Below are positions 35,511 through 43,205 of a stretch of 52,840 nt of DNA, one piece after another. Position 1 is the stretch's first letter, and each line of letters begins with the position of its first letter. The position numbers and the translations under genes were made by a program. The stretch is from Gaiellaceae bacterium. Its GTDB lineage: Bacteria; Actinomycetota; Thermoleophilia; Gaiellales; Gaiellaceae. The stretch covers positions 1-52,840 of the forward strand of contig JBOHAB010000001.1 of assembly GCA_050697655.1 (NCBI GenBank). The letters run 5' to 3'. Below the pieces are notes generated by a model. That model was not told where the DNA came from, made no database searches, and saw nothing but the letters and a program-made list of their open reading frames with translations.

Positions 35511-35629
35511 CCGAAAACCCCCTTCCGACCGCTGCCGGGGCTTCCCCGACTGTCCAGTTTTTGACGTTCGCTAGAGCCTGATGGTTCCCGAAAATCGAGT
35601 CGAAAAAACGCGAGCCCGGCCTGCGTCTT

Positions 35630-36898
35630 CTAGCCGAGCTCTCTCGTGACGAGAGAGCGGATGGTACCACAGAGACGGCGCGCTTCCTCTTCGGTTTCGG
35701 CCTCCGTGAGGATCCTCACGACCGGCTCCGTCCCCGAGGGGCGCACGAGCGCGCGCCCACGGCCGTCCAGCTCGCCGACGAGGCGGGCAACCTCGGCGTC
35801 GACGCTTGCCGGGAGCGCCTTGCCGCGCAGCGGCACGTTTGCCTTCATCTGGGGGAAACGCGGCATCGCCGCCGCCAGCTCGGCGAGCGCGCTCTCCCCT
35901 TCGCGGACCGCCCGGCAGAGCAGGAGGCCGGCGACCAAGCCGTCGCCGGTCGTGTGGCCGTCGAGGTAGAGCACGTGCCCCGACTGCTCGCCTCCCAGCA
36001 CCCCTCGCTCGGCGCGCAGGGCCTCGAGCACGTAGCGGTCGCCGACCTCCGTCGTCAACACCCGCACGCCGCGCTCGGACATCAGCCGGTGAAACCCCAG
36101 GTTGGTCATCTGGGTGACAGCGACCAGGTCGACGCGAAGGTGGAGAGCGAGGATCGCCAGGATCTGGTCGCCGTCCACCTCCTTGCCTTCCGCGTCGACG
36201 GCGAGCATGCGGTCGCCGTCCCCGTCGAAGGCGAGGCCGAGGTCCGCCGCGGTGCACGGGACGACACTCGCTAGCAGCGACAGGTCGGTGGCGCCGCAGC
36301 CGTCGTTGATGTTCGTCCCGTCGGGTGCGTCTCCGACGACGGTGATCTCGGCGCCGAGCCGCGCGAAGGCGGCCGGGGCGGCTTCGACCATGGCGCCGTT
36401 CGCGCAATCCAAGACGACGCGCAGGCCGGCGAGCGGCGCGCCGAAGCGCTCGCAGACGAGGTCGACGTAGCGCTTGGTCAGGCCGCCGGCTTCCGCGACC
36501 GCGCCGGGCGACCCTGCCTCGCCCTCGTCGTCGAGCAGCGCCTCGATCGCCTCCTCGTCGGCATCCTCGAGCTTCCAGCCCCGGTCGAAGAGCTTGACGC
36601 CGTTGTAGGCGGCCGGGTTGTGGGAGGCGGAGACGACGGCGCCGCCCTCGTCGGCAAGGAGCGCCACAGCGGGAGTGGGGAGCACCCCGCCGAGCGCGAC
36701 GTCCGAGCCGCCCGAGGCGAGCCCGCTCGCGAGTGCCCGCTCGAGCGTGGGCCCGGACGCGCGCGTGTCCCGGCCGACCAGGACGCCTGCACCGCTGCTC
36801 CAGCGCGCAAACGCACGGCCGAGCATCTCAACCAGCTCCTCGGTCAGCTCCTCGCCGACGACGCCCCGGACCCCGTCCGTCCCGAACAACCGCCTCAT
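35630..36898 (-). CDS. glmM: Phosphoglucosamine mutase
   Basis: It has MRRLFGTDGVRGVVG and the phosphoserine loop VVSASHNPAAYNGVK. The start is ATG 36898; the longer listed ORF to 37081 overlaps rpsI in another frame. Confidence 0.95.
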   Translation of the reverse strand: MRRLFGTDGVRGVVGEELTEELVEMLGRAFARWSSGAGVLVGRDTRASGPTLERALASGLASGGSDVALGGVLPTPAVALLADEGGAVVSASHNPAAYNGVKLFDRGWKLEDADEEAIEALLDDEGEAGSPGAVAEAGGLTKRYVDLVCERFGAPLAGLRVVLDCANGAMVEAAPAAFARLGAEITVVGDAPDGTNINDGCGATDLSLLASVVPCTAADLGLAFDGDGDRMLAVDAEGKEVDGDQILAILALHLRVDLVAVTQMTNLGFHRLMSERGVRVLTTEVGDRYVLEALRAERGVLGGEQSGHVLYLDGHTTGDGLVAGLLLCRAVREGESALAELAAAMPRFPQMKANVPLRGKALPASVDAEVARLVGELDGRGRALVRPSGTEPVVRILTEAETEEEARRLCGTIRSLVTRELG

Positions 36899-36905
36899 AG
36901 GCGAG

Positions 36906-37301
36906 TTAGCGCTTGGAGAACTGCGGCGCCTTGCGGGCCTTGTGGAGGCCAGCCTTCTTGCGCTCGACGATGCGCGCGTCGCGCGTGAGGAAGCCCTCGC
37001 GCTTGAGGACGCCGCGAAGCTCGGGATCGGCCTCGACGAGCGCGCGGGCGATGCCGTGACGGAGCGCTCCGGCTTGGCCACTCGGGCCGCCGCCGTGGAT
37101 CCTCGCGCGGATGTCGAAGCGCCCCTCGGCGCCCGCGGCGCGAAGCGGCGCCGTCGCCGTCGAGCGGTGCGCCTCGCGCGGGAAGTAGGACTCGAGCGAG
37201 CGGCCGTTGACCCAGGTCGCTCCGTCGCCCGGGCGCAGGATCACGCGCGCGACGGAGGTCTTGCGCTTGCCGGTGCCCTGGTACCGCGCGATCTCACTCA
37301 T
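36906..37301 (-). CDS. rpsI: 30S ribosomal protein S9
   Basis: It has [14 protein letters not shown] and the C-terminal …[14 protein letters not shown]. Confidence 0.95.
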   Translation of the reverse strand: MSEIARYQGTGKRKTSVARVILRPGDGATWVNGRSLESYFPREAHRSTATAPLRAAGAEGRFDIRARIHGGGPSGQAGALRHGIARALVEADPELRGVLKREGFLTRDARIVERKKAGLHKARKAPQFSKR

Positions 37302-37735
37302 TTGTCGAGGGGAAGCGGTTGCGGGTCCTGGGCCTCGTGCGGATGCTCCGGGCCCGCGTACACCTTGAGCTTCGTGATCTGCCGGCGGGCGAGCCTGTTG
37401 CGCGGCAGCATGCCCTTGACCGCCTTGCGGATGACCTCCGTCGGTCGCCGCTCGAGCTGCTCGGCGAGCGTCCGCGAGCGGAGGCCGCCGGGGTAGCCCG
37501 AGTGCCGGTAGTAGAGCTTCTGCTCGAGCTTGTTCCCGGTCACGGCGATCTTCTCCGCGTTGACCACGACGACGAAGTCGCCGGTGTCGACGTGCGGCGT
37601 GTACTGCGGCTTGCGCTTACCACGGAGCGTGTCGGCGATGCGCGTCGCCAGGCGCCCGAGGGTCTGACCCTCGGCGTCGACGAGATACCAGCGCTGCTCG
37701 ATCTCCTTCGGCTTGGCGGTGTAGGTCTTCATCAC
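37298..37735 (-). CDS. rplM: 50S ribosomal protein L13
   Basis: It has [36 protein letters not shown] and [10 protein letters not shown]. The start is GTG 37735 or ATG 37732. Confidence 0.95.
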   Translation of the reverse strand: MMKTYTAKPKEIEQRWYLVDAEGQTLGRLATRIADTLRGKRKPQYTPHVDTGDFVVVVNAEKIAVTGNKLEQKLYYRHSGYPGGLRSRTLAEQLERRPTEVIRKAVKGMLPRNRLARRQITKLKVYAGPEHPHEAQDPQPLPLDK

Positions 37736-37743
37736 ACAGAAAA

Positions 37744-37767
37744 TCGGCGGACAAGGCCGTCCGCCGA
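37744..37767 (-). promoter_or_regulatory. Terminator-like hairpin plus U-run in the rplM 5' leader (candidate attenuator / r-protein leader)
   Basis: The minus-strand RNA reads UCGGCGGAC-GGCCUU-GUCCGCCGA (9-bp stem), followed by UUUUCUGUGUG and AUG. A TAGAAT -10-like box (minus strand, 37774-37779) lies just upstream. There is no obvious SD. Confidence 0.4.
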
Positions 37768-37787
37768 GCGCGGATTCTAGCAGCCGT

Positions 37788-37971
37788 GCAGCGGCCGGAG
37801 GTCTGGTGGGGAAGTCCGCTGGCGCCGGGGGCGCTCCAGACTAAGCCGGGCAGCGCGGTCGGTCGCGGCGCGTAGCAGAGCTACGTGTCGCGGGCGAACG
37901 TGCTGAGCCGGCGCCGTGTCTGGGGCGTCATCCCGCCCGGCGAAATTTCACATCAGGCCTCCGGCCGCTGC
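37788..37971. repeat. 184-nt long imperfect inverted repeat forming one rod-like hairpin (about 73 pairs); candidate structured RNA or palindromic element
   Basis: The perfect 14-bp closing stem is GCAGCGGCCGGAGG (37788-37801) / CCTCCGGCCGCTGC (37958-37971). Helices continue inward to a 14-bp apical stem (37863-37876 / 37880-37893, loop AGA). Hand-folded. Confidence 0.85.
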
Positions 37972-39218
37972 TAGTCCGCGGGCGTGGGGCTCGGCTCGAC
38001 CCGGCGGCCGAAGCCCCGGCGGGCGATCCAGAGGGCCGGGACGACGACGAGCGCCGTCCCCCCGATCGCGAGGGCGGCGACGCCGATCGCGGTCAGCGCG
38101 TAGCCGCCGAGGAGGGCGAGGCTCGCGCCCGTCATCCCGGAGAGCAGGTCGTTGAAGCCGAGCAGCTTGCCGCGCTCCCACGGGAGCGTGCAGTCCGCGA
38201 GCTGGGCGGTCGCCGCCACGAAGGACAGGTTCCAGCCGAGGCCGAGTCCGAAGAGGGCGAGGGCCGTTGCCGGCACGCTTTCGATCCACAACAGGCTGAT
38301 CGTGGACAACGCCATGAGCGCGAGGCCGCCGACGAGCGCCGGCGGGCGGCCGATCCTGTCGATCAGGTCGCCGACGAAAAGCACGAGCGCGTACATCCCG
38401 AGCACATGGGCGCCGATGATCGGAAAGACCGCCTCGCCGGAGTGGTGGTGATGGTCGACGACCACGGCGCCGGTGAGGGTCATGACGCCGACCATGACCC
38501 CGAAGCTCGCCTGCGCGGCGAGGATCGACGGGATCACGCCTCTCCGGCGGAGGATCTCCTTGAGCGGCGCGGGCGGTCGCGGGTCGGCGTGGGGCGTGCC
38601 GACAGCGAGGAGCTCCGCGATCCGCTTCGGGTCGGGACGCACGAAGAGGACGAGCGCCAGCCCGACGAGCATGAAGCCCGACCCTGCGAGCCAGAGGAGC
38701 GCGAGCGAGTCGCCGTCCAGCTCTCGCCCGGAGAGGAGCGGGCTGAACACCGCGGGGCCCAGGATCGCGCCGAAGACCGCGCCGACGAGGACGAGGGCGA
38801 TGCCGCGCGCCCGACGCTCCGGCGGGTACATATCGCCGGCCGCCGTCCTGGCGAGCAGGGACGTGCCGCCGGCGGTGCCGACGCAGACCAGGCCCAGGAA
38901 GACGGGAAACGCCAGCTCGAAGGCACTGCCGAGCGCCGCCAGCACGCCGCCGAGAGCGCCGATGACGAAGCCTGAAGCGATCACGGGCACCCGGCCGAAC
39001 CGGTCCATCGCGCGTCCGGCGGGAAGCGCCGCGAGCGCCCCGGAGGCGAGCACGATCGCGGGCCCGAGCCCGAGGAGGCCGCGAACGCCGATCACGAGCA
39101 CGAACGTCAACGAGGCGACGGCGGCCGAGAGCTGGAGCATGCCCGAGTTGGCGGCGAGCGAAGCCGAGAGAAGCCCGGTGTTCCGCCGGATCGGTAGCTG
39201 CTGGGGAGTCGAGCTCAC
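37971..39218 (-). CDS. MFS transporter
   Basis: It has about 12 hydrophobic helices and MFS loop motifs (GRAMDRFGRVP; …DLIDRIGRPP). The start is taken as GTG 39218; upstream listed residues are Arg/Ser-rich overlap with the UDG-like gene. Confidence 0.75.
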   Translation of the reverse strand: MSSTPQQLPIRRNTGLLSASLAANSGMLQLSAAVASLTFVLVIGVRGLLGLGPAIVLASGALAALPAGRAMDRFGRVPVIASGFVIGALGGVLAALGSAFELAFPVFLGLVCVGTAGGTSLLARTAAGDMYPPERRARGIALVLVGAVFGAILGPAVFSPLLSGRELDGDSLALLWLAGSGFMLVGLALVLFVRPDPKRIAELLAVGTPHADPRPPAPLKEILRRRGVIPSILAAQASFGVMVGVMTLTGAVVVDHHHHSGEAVFPIIGAHVLGMYALVLFVGDLIDRIGRPPALVGGLALMALSTISLLWIESVPATALALFGLGLGWNLSFVAATAQLADCTLPWERGKLLGFNDLLSGMTGASLALLGGYALTAIGVAALAIGGTALVVVPALWIARRGFGRRVEPSPTPAD

Positions 39219-39756
39219 AAGGACGAAGCGTAGTGGAGGAGCCCGTCCCTGAAGGCCTGGGCGCGCCGCCCCGGCTGGGATGGCGCACGTGCGGCCCGAC
39301 GAGGACGTGCTGCGCCACCCGCCCGACCGCAAGCACGGCGCGGCCGCTGGCAAGCTCGCGAAGGAAGGGAGCGCCCTCCTCGATCTCGGCCGCGGTCGGC
39401 CGCCTGTTCGTGTCGGGGCGGCCGGGCAGGTGGGGATGGGTCGGGACTACGTTCCAGAGGAGGGAGTCCTCGGCGAGCCCGGCCTCGGCGAGCACGCGGT
39501 GGACGATGGTGGCCGAAGCCTCGCCGGGCGGTTCACCCGTGAGCTGACGCTCTGAGGTGAACGGGATCCCGCTCACACGCGCGCCCCGGTGGCCGGGCGC
39601 CTCGCCGACGAGGAGGACTCGCGCGCCGCGGCGCTCTTCGAGGTAGCGGACGAGCCGCGCTCGGCGGAGCCCGGCGCCGGGCCCCTCACGGTAGAAGTTG
39701 AACGTCGTCCCGATCCGCGCGGCCGCGAGATCGGCGACGAAGAGCTCGCTCCTCAT
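39215..39756 (-). CDS. Uracil-DNA glycosylase-superfamily protein with an apparent frameshift ~15-20 codons before its stop
   Basis: It has RVLLVGEAPGHRGARVSGIPFT (motif A) and VRHPS (motif B). After …HPSRGGA the listed frame never stops (615-aa ORF to 37948). A shifted frame reads AQAFRDGLLHYASSL and stops at TGA 39215-39217, overlapping the MFS GTG (GTGA). Confidence 0.6.
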
Positions 39757-39781
39757 AGGGCCGCGTAGCCTACCCGCGGCT

Positions 39782-40909
39782 GTGCGGAGGATCACCCTTC
39801 CCCTCTACGTCGGCGGCTTCCTCGGCCCGTTCGGGGGCGCGATGCTCGTCGCGCTCATCCCCAACGTCGCCGACGGGCTCGACGCCTCGGTGGCGCAGGT
39901 GGCGGCAGCGATCACGGCGTACATGATCCCGTTCGCCGTCCTCCAGCTCGTCTCCGGGACGATCGCCGAGCGCCTCGGCCCGCGGCGCGTCGTGCGGGGC
40001 GGGTACGTCGCCTTCGGCCTGGCCGCGCTCGCCTGCGCGCTCGCTCCCGACATCTGGACGTTCCTCGCCGCGCGCGCCGCAATGGGGTCCGCCAACGCCT
40101 TCTTCACCCCCGTCCTCCTGGCCGCCCTCTCGGAGGTGGCAGCGCCGGACGTGCTCGGCCGCACGGTGGGCACGTTCGCCGCGGCGCAGACGGCCGGCCT
40201 CATGCTCGCCCCGGTGCTCGGCGGGCTGCTCGGCGAAGTCTCCTGGCGGCTTGCGTTCGTGCTGGTCGCAGTCGTCGCCGTGCTGCTCGCGCTCCCAAAG
40301 CTGACGCTGGGCGCCGCAAAGCGGCAGGGAGGCGCGAACGAACGCGCCTCGCTTCGCTTGCTTCTGAACCGCTGGATCGCCCTGCTCGCGACGCAGGCGC
40401 TGCTCGGCTACCTCGGCTTCACGGCGATCGGCTTCGTCCTCGTCCTCGTCGGAGCGGAGGAGTTCGGGCTCGGCTCGACTGCGCGGGGACTGCTGATCGC
40501 CGGGTACGGGATCGGCGGCATCCTGCTCGGCCGCTACGCCGGCACGGTGGTCGACCGCGCGGGCCGCCCCGCGACCGCACTCGCAGGCTCGATCGCATGC
40601 TCCGCGGGAGTGCTCGGCCTCGTCGTCGCCCCGAGCCCATGGAGCCTCGGGCTCGTCTTCTTCGGCGTCGGCTGCGCCTCGGCATTCGTCTGGGCGGGAC
40701 TGAACACGATTGCGGTCGAGTCCTTCCCCGGAAACCGCGCAGGCGCCACCTCGGCCTACAGCGCGTTCAAGTTCGCCGGCGTGGCGATCGCGCCGCTCGT
40801 CTACGTTCCTTTTTTCGAGATGGACACACGCCTGCCGTTCCTGCTCGCCGCCGGCTTCTCGGCTCTGCTCGCCGTCTCGCTGATCCCCTGGTTCGAGCGC
40901 TACCGATGA
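39782..40909 (+). CDS. MFS transporter (start uncertain)
   Basis: It has about 12 TM helices and the motifs GTIAERLGPRRV and …VVDRAGRP. The listed ORF starts at 39698 but overlaps the divergent UDG-like gene; GTG 39782 (VRRITLPLYVGG…) is preferred. Confidence 0.7.
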   Translation: MRRITLPLYVGGFLGPFGGAMLVALIPNVADGLDASVAQVAAAITAYMIPFAVLQLVSGTIAERLGPRRVVRGGYVAFGLAALACALAPDIWTFLAARAAMGSANAFFTPVLLAALSEVAAPDVLGRTVGTFAAAQTAGLMLAPVLGGLLGEVSWRLAFVLVAVVAVLLALPKLTLGAAKRQGGANERASLRLLLNRWIALLATQALLGYLGFTAIGFVLVLVGAEEFGLGSTARGLLIAGYGIGGILLGRYAGTVVDRAGRPATALAGSIACSAGVLGLVVAPSPWSLGLVFFGVGCASAFVWAGLNTIAVESFPGNRAGATSAYSAFKFAGVAIAPLVYVPFFEMDTRLPFLLAAGFSALLAVSLIPWFERYR

Positions 40910-41169
40910 GACGCCGGGTCGTTGTCCACGGCTTCGTGCAAGGCGTCTTCTTCAGGGACACGACCCGTCGGCTCGCGCTCGAGCGGGGCGTGAGCGGCTG
41001 GGTGCAGAACACGTGGGAGGGAACCGTCGAGGCCGTCTTCGAAGGCCCGCCGGAGGCCGTCGAGCGCCTCGTCGACTTCGTCCGTCGCGGGCCGAGCGAC
41101 GCCCGCGTCGTGCGCGTGGAGGTGTTCGAGGAGCCCGAGGAAGGGCTAACGGGCTTCTCCGTTCGGTGA
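40906..41169 (+). CDS. acyP: Acylphosphatase
   Basis: It has VVHGFVQGVFFRDTTRRLALERGVSGWVQNTWEGTVEAVFEG. The ATG overlaps the MFS stop (ATGA). Confidence 0.85.
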   Translation: MRRRVVVHGFVQGVFFRDTTRRLALERGVSGWVQNTWEGTVEAVFEGPPEAVERLVDFVRRGPSDARVVRVEVFEEPEEGLTGFSVR

Positions 41170-41223
41170 GCGGGGAACCTCGCCGCGCGCACCGGTGTAG
41201 TAGCCGCGAAAGGAGGAATTCGT

Positions 41224-41790
41224 ATGAAACGAATCCTGATTGCGGCGGCTCTCGTAGGTGCGCTCGTCCAAGCGGGCGCCGCCAGCGCGGGGTGCATGGC
41301 CACCGTCGGCCTCGCTCCGCCTCCCGCACAGACCGCCCCCGGCACCGCCTGGACGGCTGAGGTGACGGTGCTCCAACACGGGGTGAACGCTCTTCCCAAC
41401 GCGAGCACGGCGCGCCCGACGCTCAAGATCGTCAACACCGAGACCGGCGCGCAGAGGACGTTCGTCGCCCGGGGCACCAAGAATCCCGAGGTCTTCGTAG
41501 CCCGGGTTGTCTTCCCGGCCGCGGGAAGCTGGCGCTACGAGGTCTACGACGACTTCTCGCCGGCCGAGTGCGCCCGGACGCACACGTTCGCCGCCGTCAC
41601 GATCGGCGGGCCCGCCGGCGGGGGCACGCCCTCCGGCCCGGCGCCGGCGGAGCCCGTCCCAGCGGCTGATTCCGGCGGCGGTGAGCCCTTCCCCGTCTGG
41701 CCGGTGCTGGGCGGCGCGCTGGCCTTGCTGGCTCTTTCGACCGGGCTCCTGTGGTGGAGCATCAAGGTTAGGCCGGAATCCGTCGCATGA
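41224..41790 (+). CDS. Secreted/membrane-anchored hypothetical protein (Ig-like beta-rich domain, Pro/Gly linker, C-terminal TM helix)
   Basis: The SD AAAGGAGG lies 7 nt upstream. It has a signal peptide (MKRILIAAALVGALVQAGAASA) and a C-terminal helix (VWPVLGGALALLALSTGLLWW). Confidence 0.5.
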   Translation: MKRILIAAALVGALVQAGAASAGCMATVGLAPPPAQTAPGTAWTAEVTVLQHGVNALPNASTARPTLKIVNTETGAQRTFVARGTKNPEVFVARVVFPAAGSWRYEVYDDFSPAECARTHTFAAVTIGGPAGGGTPSGPAPAEPVPAADSGGGEPFPVWPVLGGALALLALSTGLLWWSIKVRPESVA

Positions 41791-42919
41791 GGCCCGCTCC
41801 GGCGAGCGGCAGGGCGGCCGCGAGCGCGAAGGCGACGCTCCAGGAGGTTGACTCGACGAGCAGGGCGAACACGGGCGGCGCAAAGCCCGAGGCGATGGCC
41901 AGAGCCGTCTGCTGAAAGCCGAGCGCCGCCCCCGCGCGGCTGCGGCCGGCGAGCTCGGCGGTGGCGGTGAAGGCGAGGCCGTTCCACGACTGCGAGAGTG
42001 CTCCCGCCACGAAGAACGCCGGCACAAAGAGGGCCAGGGGCGCCGAGGTCAACGCCGCGCTGACCGCGAGCGCGACCGCGAGCCCGCAGGTGAGCTTGAG
42101 CAACGGCGAGATGCGGCTCTCCACCCGGTCCGACCAGCGGCCGGCAACGATCCTGAGCGCCGCCCCGGCCAGCTGCATGGCCGCGAAAACGCCGGCCGCG
42201 GCGGCCGTCGAGAGCCCACGTTCGCCGTGCAGGAAGAGAACGGCAAAAGCCAGGATGCTGATCTGAGCGAGCACGATCAGCCCGCTCCCACCGGCCAGCC
42301 GCCACATGCGGGCATCCCGGAGGGGGTCGATCACGTCTCCGAGCAGGGGGTCGTCGTCGGGCGGCGCCTCGCGCAGGCCTACCGCACCGGCAACGGCGGT
42401 GGCCAGGCAGGCGGCGGCGAGCACGAGAAGCCCCGCTTCCGTCCCACCGGCCGCGGCGATGGGCGGAAGCGCCACCGCCGCGGCGGCACCGCCGAGCGGC
42501 AACGCCGTCTGCCGGATCCCGAGCGCCAGCCCGCGCTGCGCGGGCGTGAACCAGCCCATGACCGCGCGCCCGCTCGCCGCGTTGACGCTTGCTCCCGCCC
42601 CGCCGGCGGCGGCGAAAAGGAGCACGAGCGACGAATAACCGGGCGCAAAGGCGGCGAGCACGAGCGCGACGCTCGCCACGGCTAGGCCCGTGGCGAGAAC
42701 GCCGCGCTCGCCAACCCGGTCGGCGAGCAGTCCCCAGGGCAGGAGCGTGAACACCGATCCGATGCTGAAGGCCGCCAGCACGACCCCGGTCTGCGTGAGC
42801 GAGAGCCCGTACTCGTCGCGGAACTGCGGCGCCATGACCGGGATTCCGAGAAAGACCGCCGAATAGCTCGCCTGCGCAACCGTCCCGAGCGCAAGAATCG
42901 TCCAGCGGTAGCTACTCAC
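41768..42919 (-). CDS. MFS transporter
   Basis: A 383-aa protein with 12 predicted helices and the motif GLLADRVGERGV. Confidence 0.8.
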   Translation of the reverse strand: MSSYRWTILALGTVAQASYSAVFLGIPVMAPQFRDEYGLSLTQTGVVLAAFSIGSVFTLLPWGLLADRVGERGVLATGLAVASVALVLAAFAPGYSSLVLLFAAAGGAGASVNAASGRAVMGWFTPAQRGLALGIRQTALPLGGAAAAVALPPIAAAGGTEAGLLVLAAACLATAVAGAVGLREAPPDDDPLLGDVIDPLRDARMWRLAGGSGLIVLAQISILAFAVLFLHGERGLSTAAAAGVFAAMQLAGAALRIVAGRWSDRVESRISPLLKLTCGLAVALAVSAALTSAPLALFVPAFFVAGALSQSWNGLAFTATAELAGRSRAGAALGFQQTALAIASGFAPPVFALLVESTSWSVAFALAAALPLAGAGLMRRIPA

Positions 42920-43049
42920 CGGGCGAGGCTATCCACCGAGGGCGTCGCGAGCAGTCGTCACCCTCTCGGCACGGTGCGACACACACGTGCGCGCCTTTCC
43001 TCGTTAGGCTCGAAAGCGGGTGGTGGCTCGGGGTGGCCCCAAGCGAGAC

Positions 43050-43205
43050 CTAGCCGCAGCAGCCTTCCTTGTAGCGGCAGGCGAGGCAGTGCCAGCTCGC
43101 CTTCGTCCAGGTCATCGCCGCGCCGCAGCGCGGGCAGATCGCCTCGGCCTCGGCCTCGTCGGCCGGGAGCCGGCACTCCGCCTGTGGGTTGGCCCTCACT
43201 CCCAT
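43050..43205 (-). CDS. Possible 51-aa zinc-ribbon protein overlapping the guaA stop
   Basis: [51 protein letters not shown] has two CxxC pairs 12 residues apart. ATG 43205 overlaps guaA by 10 nt. It is the tail of a long shadow ORF (43050..44663). Confidence 0.35.
   Translation of the reverse strand: MGVRANPQAECRLPADEAEAEAICPRCGAAMTWTKASWHCLACRYKEGCCG

Noticed and set aside
35511-35629. Possible glmS ribozyme in the glmM-glmS intergenic region
   Set aside because: The gap is only ~120 nt. I could not find the conserved ribozyme core/cleavage-site sequence (…A|GCGCC…). I see only a small hairpin (CGGGGAAGCCCCG) and an SD. glmS here appears to be co-transcribed with glmM.
37788-37971. The long hairpin as a retron msr/msd or as a CRISPR-like/other RT-associated RNA
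   Set aside because: No reverse transcriptase, Cas or other partner gene is nearby; the neighbours are an MFS transporter and rplM. There is a single copy, not an array.
37948-39795. A 615-aa ORF suggesting a UDG-MFS fusion or a very large novel protein
   Set aside because: Only the first ~170 residues are UDG-like. The rest is Arg/Pro/Gly-rich sequence in an alternative frame of a clear MFS transporter. It is best explained by loss of the native stop through a frameshift.
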